Shown here in pieces: positions 8,594-17,955 of a DNA stretch of 35,416 bases. Every line of letters begins with the position of its first letter. Position 1 is the stretch's first letter. The position numbers and the translations under genes were made by a program. Source of the stretch: an uncultured Candidatus Saccharibacteria bacterium (GTDB taxonomy: Bacteria; Patescibacteriota; Dojkabacteria; SC72); assembly GCA_964539195.1 (NCBI GenBank), contig CAZIIC010000005.1, positions 1 through 35,416 of the forward strand, in the 5' to 3' direction. The notes below the pieces were generated by a model. That model was not told the DNA's origin. It saw nothing but the letters and a program-made list of their open reading frames with translations, and did not search any database.

Positions 8594-9610
8594 ATGAAAT
8601 TATCAATAACAATAAGCAGTTTAATATTTCTACTTTCATTGTTATTTCCCTTTAAGTCACTAGCACAAACTCTTAATAATAATAGTATCTCTTTGGGATT
8701 TGCACCAACAGCTCAGTACCTACAATTAAAACCGGGATCTAAATTTACAGGAGAGATTACAGTTTGGAATCTTTCCCCTCAAACAAGATCTTTTAACATC
8801 ACAATACGAGGATTTGAACAGATAGAAAACCTACCAGGTACAGCTAGAGTCAATACAGAATCAGAGGAACTTAGAGATCCTTTCTCAGCAGGTTCTTGGA
8901 TTAAAGTACCATATAAAAAGATATTTTTAATACCTAATCAATATACAAAAGTCCCATTTGAAATTAACGTACCTACTGACGCAGCTTCTGGAGAATTTAA
9001 CGCTATGATTTTCATAGTTTCAGAAACACCCAATGTAGACCTCGGCCCAAATTCAACATCTAATTCAAACTTAGGATCAGGACCAGTACTACTTGTAAAA
9101 GTCGGAGACAAAATTGAAGAAAAAGCAGAAATCGAATATTTCAGAAGTGAAAACGATTTCTACGAACTTCCACCTGTAAACTTTTTAACAAGGTATGTAA
9201 ACAAGAGTAATACACACATTAAACCAGCTGGAGAAATAATCATTGAGAACTTCTTAGGACAAGAGATTGCAACAGTACCATTTAACAGCAATAATCAAAG
9301 TCTATTAAGAGGTGCTTCTGGAAATTATACAGACGAATGGAATCACAAAGGAATCTTTACAGTCAACGGTAAGCTATCAATCGGCCCTCTTAAAGCAAGA
9401 TTGATTACTACATACCGGTCACAAAACCCTGGATACGCACCATTAAATTCAACATATACTTTCTGGGTTCTACCATACAAACACATACTAGTAATTCTTC
9501 TAGTTGTCGGTATAATATATAAAGTTATTTCAAACCTCACACGTAAAAATGAGAAAAAGCCATCTAATAAAAGGGATTCTTCTGATTTTAATTACCCTAT
9601 TTACTCTTAG
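8594..9610 (+). CDS. Membrane-tethered two-domain beta-rich surface protein C (DUF916/DUF3324-like architecture)
   Basis: Signal peptide MKLSITISSLIFLLSLLFPFKSLA|QT, followed by two beta-rich domains with motifs VPFEINVPTDAASGEFNAMIFIV and HIKPAGEIIIENFLGQEI. A C-terminal TM (HILVILLVVGIIYKVI) and basic tail follow. Paralogue of D. Confidence 0.8.
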   Translation: MKLSITISSLIFLLSLLFPFKSLAQTLNNNSISLGFAPTAQYLQLKPGSKFTGEITVWNLSPQTRSFNITIRGFEQIENLPGTARVNTESEELRDPFSAGSWIKVPYKKIFLIPNQYTKVPFEINVPTDAASGEFNAMIFIVSETPNVDLGPNSTSNSNLGSGPVLLVKVGDKIEEKAEIEYFRSENDFYELPPVNFLTRYVNKSNTHIKPAGEIIIENFLGQEIATVPFNSNNQSLLRGASGNYTDEWNHKGIFTVNGKLSIGPLKARLITTYRSQNPGYAPLNSTYTFWVLPYKHILVILLVVGIIYKVISNLTRKNEKKPSNKRDSSDFNYPIYS

Positions 9611-10484
9611 TACTTCATACACAAAAGTTGGCGCTACAACTATCTCCCCAACTGTAAAAAACTATATCGTCGAGAAAGACGATATTATTTTTGAAGAGAT
9701 TAAATATAAAAACGATAGCAATAAAACAGAGAGTATCACTCTTTCTATTTCATCATATGACACCAAAAAAGAGGTTAACCTTACAGACAAGCCGTTTATT
9801 ACTGTAAAAAGCACTAAGTTTACGGTAAAGCCAAAAACTGAAATATCTATACCATATATTGTTTCAATACCATCAGATATCCCTGCAGGTACATACTTTA
9901 ATGTCGTATACATAGAGAAAAAAGAAAAAGACACCAAGAGTGGTAATGTCACCGTTATACAATCAAACGGAATACTCTTCTCATTTCATGTTCAGGACAG
10001 CACAACATCTTTAAACCAAATTTTCTATAATCAGAGTGATATTAAGCTAGTAATTAAGAACAAAGGGCTTCCATACTACATACCTACACAATTCGAATAT
10101 GTGTATACAAACAACTCAAACTTTGTATTTAAACCTCAAGGTGAAATTAGAATTATTGATTCCAAAGGTAATCAAGTGATGGAAAGATTTGAAATAAATA
10201 AAGATATTAAAACTGTATATCCCGGAGAAACAATTTCACAAACATTCGAAGTAAATATTTGGAAAGATTTAAGCAGCATACTTGAGAGTAAGACGATTGT
10301 AAGTAAAACATATAGCGATATTGATCAAACTCCAGTACTTAACAAAGTAGATGTATCTATCCTTTATCAAATTGGAGTAATCGTTGGAGTTGTAGCAATA
10401 ATTGTTATTGCCATTCTAACAATTTCCGTTATTTCAATAATAAAGTGGGTAAAATCTAAAAAGAAGAAAGAATCTGAGAAGTAG
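9549..10484 (+). CDS. Membrane-tethered two-domain beta-rich surface protein D (paralogue of C)
   Basis: Signal peptide MRKSHLIKGILLILITLFTLSTSYTKVGA|TT. Motifs are IPYIVSIPSDIPAGTYFNVVYIE and VFKPQGEIRIIDSKGNQV. A long C-terminal TM (IGVIVGVVAIIVIAILTISVISII) and a KSKKKKESEK tail follow. Confidence 0.8.
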   Translation: MRKSHLIKGILLILITLFTLSTSYTKVGATTISPTVKNYIVEKDDIIFEEIKYKNDSNKTESITLSISSYDTKKEVNLTDKPFITVKSTKFTVKPKTEISIPYIVSIPSDIPAGTYFNVVYIEKKEKDTKSGNVTVIQSNGILFSFHVQDSTTSLNQIFYNQSDIKLVIKNKGLPYYIPTQFEYVYTNNSNFVFKPQGEIRIIDSKGNQVMERFEINKDIKTVYPGETISQTFEVNIWKDLSSILESKTIVSKTYSDIDQTPVLNKVDVSILYQIGVIVGVVAIIVIAILTISVISIIKWVKSKKKKESEK

Positions 10485-11313
10485 TTCTAAATGATACTTT
10501 CGCTACATTATAAAGTTCCTGTTCGCCATATCTTTTTACAAATTCCTTACCGAAATTAATAACCTCTGTAGCGCCTTTTGGGAAATCAAGAGAATACTTT
10601 TCATTCATCTTCCCCCACTCTTTCAAAAAAATTGCACGGGCAAATACAGAAGCAAGAGCAACAGCAATATCACTCTCTCCTTTATGAAACTGTACTAGCT
10701 TAACATCTACATCTTCAAAAGCTTTAGCGAGTCTCCCCTTATCTAAAGAGAATTGATCAACAACACATTCATACATATTTCCATCTAATCTTTCAAGTAA
10801 CGATTTTGCACACTTTGCATGAATACTTGCAAGTAAATAAGAAACATTCTTAAACCTTCTAATCTCCTCGTTATACCTTTCAGGTAGCAGTATTTCACAA
10901 TGATACAATACTGATTCGCTTAAAGACTCAAAAATAGTAATAATTTTACTATCTGAAATCTTCTTTGAATCTGCAACACCCAATTCAATAGCTTTTGCAC
11001 GACTTTTTTCATCCACAAAAACAGAGCACACAACCAAAGGGCCATAATAGTCACCTTTTCCGACTTCGTCGTTACCAAGATGTGGCTTAAAATCAGTTGC
11101 AGAATCATTAGTAAGCAGAGAAGTAATATCAAACTCACCTTGAGAAACCAGTGATCCAGAGGAATAATACATAACATTAGTGTTAAGACCTTCTAGTCTC
11201 CACATAACATATGGATTTGGTATCTTACCCTCTCTAAAACCCTTGCTTATTAACTCTGAGTGTAGCTTTTCTGATTGGCTTTTATTCAATTTAATACTTT
11301 TTGTTATTTGCAT
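10456..11313 (-). CDS. rnhC: Ribonuclease HIII
   Basis: Catalytic core GNDEVGKGDYYGPLVV and ADSKKISD (the GKGDYFGP type is diagnostic of HIII rather than HII). It has an ~80-aa N-terminal TBP-like domain; total length 285 aa. Confidence 0.85.
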   Translation of the reverse strand: MQITKSIKLNKSQSEKLHSELISKGFREGKIPNPYVMWRLEGLNTNVMYYSSGSLVSQGEFDITSLLTNDSATDFKPHLGNDEVGKGDYYGPLVVCSVFVDEKSRAKAIELGVADSKKISDSKIITIFESLSESVLYHCEILLPERYNEEIRRFKNVSYLLASIHAKCAKSLLERLDGNMYECVVDQFSLDKGRLAKAFEDVDVKLVQFHKGESDIAVALASVFARAIFLKEWGKMNEKYSLDFPKGATEVINFGKEFVKRYGEQELYNVAKVSFRTTSQILSSF

Positions 11314-11314
11314 T

Positions 11315-12760
11315 CTATTTCCTTAAAATTTCAAATTTACCCTCTGGAAGGTCTTTAATTATATACCCCCTGGAGTATATATCATCTCTGATTTGATCAG
11401 CATTTGCGTAATCCCCTTTCATTTTTGCTTCTTGTCTTTGAGAGGCTAACTTTTCAATTACATCAGGAATCACAATACCTTCAACAGATTCTTTTAGGTT
11501 TAAGGCAAATACCTTGTCAAAATCGTATACCGTTGCCAACTTATCTTCAGCGCTACTTTCTGATTTAAGGACATCATTTAGGACTGAATATGCCACAGAG
11601 ACATTTAAATCGTTTTCTAGGGCGTCTATAAACTTCTGTTTAAATTCAGTGATAACAACACCAGGTTTGTTTGATTTACTACTATTTAAATTTCGTAACT
11701 TGTTTATCAACGAAATCCTAGTCTGTTTTGTATTCTCAAGGACATCAAGTGAGAATCTCAAAGGCACTCTGTAGTTGTTAATAGCAATTAACATTCTTAA
11801 ATCCATGGGATCAAATCCTTTTTCAATTAGTTCCTCAAGTGTAAATGCATTTCCCTTACTTTTAGCTAACTTATCTCCACTAATTGATTGAAGATGCTCA
11901 TTATGTACCCACATTTTAACTATCTCCTTATGAGACACACCATAGTTCTGAGCCCTTTCATTTGGGTGATGTACCCCTATATGCTCAATACCACCTGTGT
12001 GTATATCAATTTCGTATCCAAGTACTGCTGTACCCATTGCAGAACACTCAATATGCCAACCTGGGAATCCAACTCCCCAAGGAGATGGCCACTTCATAAC
12101 ATGGTTTTCATACTGACCAACAGCCTTCATCCAAAGCACAAAATCAGCAGGATGCTTTTTCTGACTATCAACCTTCACTTCGTCTCTAGCACCTATCACA
12201 TTCTCTTCTAAAACTTGACCTGAAAGTTTTGTATATTCAGGATACTTTGAAATATCAAAATATACAGCTTGTTCAGTTTCATATGTAAAGCCATCTTGTT
12301 CCATCTTCTTAATTAATTCAATCATCTCAGAAATGAAGTCTGTTGCTCTTGTCATATTTACAGAGCTTAATTTTGAAACATCAAAGTCCTTTACAACTTG
12401 ACTCCCATCTGGGAATTGAACATTTAGAAGTTCTAAGTCACTAAGAAATGCTTTTATATATTTATTTGCAATTTCAATTGGGGTTATACCCTCTTTTTTA
12501 GCACCGACCTCCATTTTATCCACTCCAAAATCCTCATCCTCAGTCATATGACCAACATCAGTTATATTCATTACTCTCTTAAGTGAATATCCGGAATATC
12601 TTAAGGCTCTAGCTAGCACATCCCATGTAATGAATGCTCTATGGTTACCTATATGTGGGTTCCAATATACTGTTGGACCACAATTATACATATGAATTGT
12701 ACCATCTTGTGATGTACTTACCTCTTCAAGTTTCCTACCTAATGTGTTGTATAGCTTCAT
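11315..12760 (-). CDS. cysS: Cysteine--tRNA ligase
   Basis: Class I motifs HIGN and KLAKSKGN (KMSKS-type). MYNCGPTVY near the N-terminus and WHIECS in the zinc/Cys site match the CysRS pattern. Confidence 0.93.
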   Translation of the reverse strand: MKLYNTLGRKLEEVSTSQDGTIHMYNCGPTVYWNPHIGNHRAFITWDVLARALRYSGYSLKRVMNITDVGHMTEDEDFGVDKMEVGAKKEGITPIEIANKYIKAFLSDLELLNVQFPDGSQVVKDFDVSKLSSVNMTRATDFISEMIELIKKMEQDGFTYETEQAVYFDISKYPEYTKLSGQVLEENVIGARDEVKVDSQKKHPADFVLWMKAVGQYENHVMKWPSPWGVGFPGWHIECSAMGTAVLGYEIDIHTGGIEHIGVHHPNERAQNYGVSHKEIVKMWVHNEHLQSISGDKLAKSKGNAFTLEELIEKGFDPMDLRMLIAINNYRVPLRFSLDVLENTKQTRISLINKLRNLNSSKSNKPGVVITEFKQKFIDALENDLNVSVAYSVLNDVLKSESSAEDKLATVYDFDKVFALNLKESVEGIVIPDVIEKLASQRQEAKMKGDYANADQIRDDIYSRGYIIKDLPEGKFEILRK

Positions 12761-12769
12761 AATATATTT

Positions 12770-12778
12770 AGTATATCA
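12770..12778 (-). promoter_or_regulatory. Extended -10 element TGATATACT, 9 nt upstream of the cysS ATG
   Basis: The reverse complement of agtatatca is TGATATACT. No SD lies between it and the ATG at 12760. Confidence 0.4.
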
Positions 12779-12909
12779 AATAAAATATAAACCAAGTATT
12801 AATTGGCTTAAGATTGTATTTTTCATTACGGGAAAACTGCAAAATAAGCCAACTAACAAATTGGATTACAACAAACTTTGCAGATAAATATTTTCATATG
12901 TGGAGTATA

Positions 12910-13521
12910 TTAGATTTTTCTTCTTCCCTCAAGTGCTCTTTTAAGTGTTAATTGGTCGGCATATTCTAAATCAGCACCAGTTGGCAGACCCATTGCAAGT
13001 CTTGTAATTGAGACTTTCTCTTCTTGAACTTCATTTTTAAATAGGTCATAAATATAGTTTGCCGTAGCCTCTCCTTCTAAACTTGGATTTGTAGCGACTA
13101 TTATTTCACACTCCCCTATTTCAGTTACTCTCTTTTTCAACTGGGAAAATCTAAGCTCTGTTGCCGTTATTCCTTCAGCAGGTGAAATCAAACCACCTAG
13201 AACAAAATATACACCATTAAATACTCCTGACTTTTCAAACGCTACGACATCTAAAGCTTCTTCAACAACACATATTTTAGTACCATCTCTATTTGTAGAG
13301 TCACAAATATTACATATTGTACTATCTGATACATTAAAACATTTAGTGCAGTACATTACCTTTTCATCCATCTCCAAAAGCATGTTTGCCAATTTTGTAG
13401 CTTCCTTATATGGAGATCTTAAAAAATGATATGCCATTCTTCCTGCACTTTTTGGCCCAACTCCAGGCAGTTTAGCAAACTCTTCTATTACCTTTTCAAC
13501 AGATTTTGGGAGAACGCTCAT
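12910..13521 (-). CDS. recR: Recombination protein RecR
   Basis: HhH N-terminus LPGVGPKSAGRMAYHFL, a C4 zinc finger (CTKC...CNIC) and a Toprim region. Sits in the conserved dnaX-ybaB-recR order. Confidence 0.93.
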   Translation of the reverse strand: MSVLPKSVEKVIEEFAKLPGVGPKSAGRMAYHFLRSPYKEATKLANMLLEMDEKVMYCTKCFNVSDSTICNICDSTNRDGTKICVVEEALDVVAFEKSGVFNGVYFVLGGLISPAEGITATELRFSQLKKRVTEIGECEIIVATNPSLEGEATANYIYDLFKNEVQEEKVSITRLAMGLPTGADLEYADQLTLKRALEGRRKI

Positions 13522-13811
13522 TAACCGAGAAGTTTCTTAATTTGGTCTAAATCAACATCTTTTACCATTTCCTTTTGAAGTTTCTTCTGGTAGTCCTTAA
13601 ACGCCTCTTTAATACCATTATTTATTATTCGAAGTGTCTGTTCATCAACAATACTTTCATCTACTACAAGCATTTCTAGCTCTTGTGCTGCATTCATTTG
13701 AAGTTTGATTCTATTATCTCTTGATTCTCCTAAAATCTTTCTTGATTGCATTTTCTTTTGCATTGCAACTGCTTCATTTCTCATTTGCATTAATTTTACG
13801 GGATTTACCAT
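13521..13811 (-). CDS. ybaB: YbaB/EbfC family nucleoid-associated protein
   Basis: 96 aa, with an MQ..AQ.MQKKMQ-type N-terminus. Located between dnaX and recR. Its stop overlaps the recR start by 1 nt. Confidence 0.85.
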   Translation of the reverse strand: MVNPVKLMQMRNEAVAMQKKMQSRKILGESRDNRIKLQMNAAQELEMLVVDESIVDEQTLRIINNGIKEAFKDYQKKLQKEMVKDVDLDQIKKLLG

Positions 13812-13871
13812 ACTATATATTTACTTATCTTAAACAGAAGAATAATACCAACTTTAAAGGGAAAAACCAAA

Positions 13872-15518
13872 CTACATACCTTCAAATATCTGCTCTACCT
13901 TTTTACTTATTTTCCTTGGAACATCAGAGGCTGGCTTATTATTGTTAGATTGAGCGGGAGCAGTTGTTGTAGCTTTAGGTGGTACATTTTGCATTACAAT
14001 ATCCGAAGAGGCCATTTTCTTTCTTTTAACTCCACCATTTACTTCACATGATATTTTAAAAGATGTACCAAATACCTTATTAAACACATTACTTATTACT
14101 TCCTTATTTGAACTATTCTCAATCTGTTCTTTATAGAATTCAAATGGTACTTCAAGCTTTAGACTATCTCCTCTAAGTTCTAGCAAACGAGCGTTTGCAA
14201 GGAATGCAAACAATCTACCTTTAGCAGGCTTTAGATTATCAACAATTTCTTTCCATTTTCCCTGAATCTGATCAAGTGTTAAATCCAATGTAGATACCTC
14301 AGCTTGAGAAATCCCATCTTCCTCTTCTTCTTCCTCTTCTTTAACTTCACTAGTTTTCTCACTCTCAGGTTCTTTGATTTCAACCTTTGGTAACTCTTTT
14401 TTTACTTCTTTTACTACAACTTTCTCCTTAATCTCATTTTTAATTAGATTTCCGCTTGATACTTGAACAATTAACATATCAAGTACTAATGATGGAATCG
14501 GTGCATTCTTTAGATTTTTATCTGCGTTGAGAAATATGCCAACAACTGAGGTGATTCTATTTGCGTCTACACTTTGGGCAAATACATACCTTTCATCAAG
14601 ACTTGAACCTGCAATTTTTGCAATTAATGACTCTTGTAATACACCTAAACAAGATTTAACAAACTGTGAAATATTAACTCCCCTACTCTCAATTTCATCA
14701 ATAATAGCAAGGGAGTTCGCTCCATCTCCTTCAAACAAATAGTTTAGAAATTTAAAGACTATCGAATTATCTGGAATTCCTAAAACTCTTCTAACTTCAT
14801 CAATATTTATACTCTCAGGTTTCTCACTTTGAAGTTGACCCGTTATAACAGCATCAAGTAGTGAAAGTGAATCACGATAACTACCTTTAGCACTCTCAAC
14901 AAGAAGGTTGAGTGCATCATCTGCAAAGGTAAATCCCTCTGACTTTGAAACATCAGAGATTACCTTCTTAATTTGCTCTGATGTACCTAATCTGAAGTCA
15001 TATCTCTGACATCTTGAAAGAATTGTAGGTGGTAATTTATGAACATCAGTTGTAGCAAGCATGAAAATTACATGAGCTGGAGGCTCTTCAAGTGTCTTCA
15101 AAAGAGCATTAAAAGCCTCTTTTGTTAACATATGAACCTCATCAACTATATATATCTTATACTTTCCTTTAACAGGGCTAAACTCTAATTTCTCTTTTAA
15201 CTCTCTTATTTGATCAATACCACGATTTGAAGCAGCATCAATTTCAATCAAATCCATAAACTTACCAGCAACTATATCGATACAATGCTCACACTCATTA
15301 CATGGATTACCATCAGGCTTAATATTTAAACAATTAAGCGCTTTAGAAAGAATCCTTGCTGTACTTGTTTTACCAGTTCCTCTTGATCCAACAAAAAGAT
15401 ATGAATGAGAAACTCTACCTGTCTTAACAGCGTTTTTAAGAATCTTTGTAATATGCTCCTGACCAATTAACTGGTCAAAATCCGAAGATCGGTATTTATT
15501 GTATAACACTTTAGGCAT
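13872..15518 (-). CDS. dnaX: DNA polymerase III subunit gamma/tau
   Basis: AAA+ clamp-loader motifs GSRGTGKTS, a zinc module CNECEHC, DEVHML and SRCQRYDF. An acidic run (EEEEEEED) lies in the linker. Confidence 0.93.
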   Translation of the reverse strand: MPKVLYNKYRSSDFDQLIGQEHITKILKNAVKTGRVSHSYLFVGSRGTGKTSTARILSKALNCLNIKPDGNPCNECEHCIDIVAGKFMDLIEIDAASNRGIDQIRELKEKLEFSPVKGKYKIYIVDEVHMLTKEAFNALLKTLEEPPAHVIFMLATTDVHKLPPTILSRCQRYDFRLGTSEQIKKVISDVSKSEGFTFADDALNLLVESAKGSYRDSLSLLDAVITGQLQSEKPESINIDEVRRVLGIPDNSIVFKFLNYLFEGDGANSLAIIDEIESRGVNISQFVKSCLGVLQESLIAKIAGSSLDERYVFAQSVDANRITSVVGIFLNADKNLKNAPIPSLVLDMLIVQVSSGNLIKNEIKEKVVVKEVKKELPKVEIKEPESEKTSEVKEEEEEEEDGISQAEVSTLDLTLDQIQGKWKEIVDNLKPAKGRLFAFLANARLLELRGDSLKLEVPFEFYKEQIENSSNKEVISNVFNKVFGTSFKISCEVNGGVKRKKMASSDIVMQNVPPKATTTAPAQSNNNKPASDVPRKISKKVEQIFEGM

Positions 15519-15617
15519 GCTATTAGGATATTAACTTTTAAGAGTATTTAACACTAACACCCAAGAGTCCTTATTCTCAAACATAATGTACAAGTACAGT
15601 CTGAGTATACTTACATT

Positions 15618-17948
15618 CTACTTATACTTCCCATCCTGTAGTTTCGAAACAGTTTCCTCAAGCATTTGTGAATACATTGCATACCCAACAGAATTAATTG
15701 CTCCAGACTGGGACTTTCCTAGGATATTACCCGCACCTCTAATCTCAAGATCTCTATTGGACAAAATGAATCCAGAGCCGATATTATTCGCCTCTGAAAG
15801 TGCATCCATTCTCAAAAGAGCATCTCCTTTGAGTAATGTATGGAAAAAGTATGCATAAGCTTGTCGAGATGACCTACCTACCCTACCTCTAATTTGATAA
15901 AGCGATGACAATCCGTATCTTTGAGAATCATCAACAATAATAGTATTTACATTTGGAATATCCAATCCGTTCTCAACAATACTTGAACATACTAAAACAT
16001 CAATTTCTCCTTTTGAAAACTTTTCCATTACTTCTGAAATCTTTCTCATTCCCATCTGTCCATGCGAAATCTCAACAGTAATATTTGGTCTTTGAGCCAG
16101 TATTTCTTCTTTAATATTGATTAATTCTGCCACCCTATTATGCAGGTAATAGACCTGTCCACCTCTTCTAACTTCAACATCAATTGCCTTTAGTGCTACA
16201 TCCCAATCAAATTCTCCAAAATGATTTTCAATTGGCTTTCGACCCATTGGGACAGAAGATAAAATACTCAGATCTCTAATTCCAGAAATCGCCATATTTA
16301 ATGTTCTAGGAATTGGAGTTGCAGTCATTGATAATGTATGAACATCAAGCTTCTTTTTCTTTAATTTCTCTTTTTGCACAACTCCAAACTTCTGTTCTTC
16401 GTCAATTACAAGTAAGCCTAGTTTTTTAAATTTAACCGCGTCTGAAAGTATTGAGTGAGTACCAATTAAGACATCGACTTTACCAGCTTCTAAATCATTT
16501 AAAACCTGATTTCTTTTTTCACTCCCTGCATATCTATTTAATACTTCAACTCTAAATGGATACTCAGAAAATCTTTGTGTAAGTACATGATAATGTTGCA
16601 TTGAAAGAATAGTTGTTGGAGCAAGCATTGCAACTTGATATCCAGCATTAACACATAAAAAGATTGCTCTTGCAGCTAGTTCTGTTTTACCAAAGCCTAC
16701 ATCACCTACAATTAACCTATCCATTGGACTCTCCTTTGAAAGATCTTTTAAAATCTCTTGGGTAATTACCATTTGATCCTCGGTATCAGCATACGCAAAA
16801 GCCTCTACAAACTTTCCCAACTCAACCTCATCATGATGATCACGTACCATTACAGAAGACTTAGAAATCTTTCTCATTGCGTAAATTCCAACCAGTTCCT
16901 TTGCCATTGCTTGAATATCCTCTAGAGCTTTTGCCTTTATCTTTCCCCATACAACGGAGTTTAAGCCTGTAAGTTTAGGTGTAGACCCTCCTGATGACAC
17001 ATATTTACTCAACTTATCACTAGCCGAAACGGGTACAAGCAATCTGTCTTTTCCTGCATATCGAATATCAAAGTACGTAATTTCATCTTGAATAATTAAG
17101 TCTTGATAGATTCCAATTCCATGATCTTGATGAACAATATAATCCCCTCTTACAATTTCATTGAAAAGATTCTCATTCTTAATTCTGGTACTTGCTTTGA
17201 AGAGTTCAATTCTACCTGATAGTTCAAAATCCGTAACAAGAGCGATTTTGGATTTTGATATTACAAATCCCAATGGGAACTCCCCATCAACTTTTTTACA
17301 TCCTTCAATTTCAAACTCATCATTATTTGTAGAAAGGTATACGCTAAAATCTAGAGAGAGATATGATTTAATAATCTTTTCAATTTGAGAAAACCTCCCA
17401 CCAGGAAATTCTCTTATACCAATATCAACACCTTCTTGAACTTTTTCATTCCGTAGAAAATTTAGATTGAGTATTTCACTGTATTGATAATCAGAACAGT
17501 ATCTTGCCAATATGTGTGTATCTTCTGTTAAAAAGTATGACTGAGTTTTTGAGATTAAAGACCTATCATCTTTATTCACAAGTGATATTTCTTCAACGAT
17601 ATTATCAAACATACTAATTCTAACGGCAAACTCCTCACCAACTCTTTGAAAAATAACTAAATCACCTAAAACAGAAAACTCTTTATCATTCCAAACTCTG
17701 GGTACTCTTGTATATCCAAACTCAGATAAAGTTTCGATGTTAAACTTCTCACCAACTTTAATTATTTGGTTAACTCCACTTACATTACTTTTCAGGTCAT
17801 ATACAGAAACCTCAACCCTCTTACCTACTTTGTGACTTAAAATATTAGCAACTAAGGGTAAGAGTCTTTCAGTAACATTTACTAAAAAGTCACCATCATT
17901 TATTTCAATATTTATCTTTTGGGATATCGCTTCATACAGGTTCTTCAT
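15618..17948 (-). CDS. mfd: Transcription-repair coupling factor Mfd, compact form (776 aa)
   Basis: CarD/TRCF RNAP-interaction motif GDYIVHQDHGIGIY. SF2 helicase motifs GDVGFGKTE, DEEQKFG, TATPIPRT and QIRGRVGRS. TRG region DLEIRGAGNILGKSQSG. The protein ends ~35 aa after the TRG region. Confidence 0.88.
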   Translation of the reverse strand: MKNLYEAISQKINIEINDGDFLVNVTERLLPLVANILSHKVGKRVEVSVYDLKSNVSGVNQIIKVGEKFNIETLSEFGYTRVPRVWNDKEFSVLGDLVIFQRVGEEFAVRISMFDNIVEEISLVNKDDRSLISKTQSYFLTEDTHILARYCSDYQYSEILNLNFLRNEKVQEGVDIGIREFPGGRFSQIEKIIKSYLSLDFSVYLSTNNDEFEIEGCKKVDGEFPLGFVISKSKIALVTDFELSGRIELFKASTRIKNENLFNEIVRGDYIVHQDHGIGIYQDLIIQDEITYFDIRYAGKDRLLVPVSASDKLSKYVSSGGSTPKLTGLNSVVWGKIKAKALEDIQAMAKELVGIYAMRKISKSSVMVRDHHDEVELGKFVEAFAYADTEDQMVITQEILKDLSKESPMDRLIVGDVGFGKTELAARAIFLCVNAGYQVAMLAPTTILSMQHYHVLTQRFSEYPFRVEVLNRYAGSEKRNQVLNDLEAGKVDVLIGTHSILSDAVKFKKLGLLVIDEEQKFGVVQKEKLKKKKLDVHTLSMTATPIPRTLNMAISGIRDLSILSSVPMGRKPIENHFGEFDWDVALKAIDVEVRRGGQVYYLHNRVAELINIKEEILAQRPNITVEISHGQMGMRKISEVMEKFSKGEIDVLVCSSIVENGLDIPNVNTIIVDDSQRYGLSSLYQIRGRVGRSSRQAYAYFFHTLLKGDALLRMDALSEANNIGSGFILSNRDLEIRGAGNILGKSQSGAINSVGYAMYSQMLEETVSKLQDGKYK

Positions 17949-17955
17949 AGCTCTG

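Noticed and set aside
12761-12909. T-box riboswitch leader for cysS.
   Set aside because: No conserved T-box sequence (AGGGUGGNACCGCG-like), no AG bulge or GNUGGNA motifs, and no terminator/antiterminator pair with a U-tract are present. In addition, a promoter-like element lies only 9 nt from the ATG.
15519-15617. Possible SRP RNA gene upstream of dnaX, as in the Bacillus scr-dnaX-ybaB-recR arrangement.
   Set aside because: The 99-nt spacer lacks any SRP domain IV motif. It shows only a weak imperfect hairpin right after the mfd stop.
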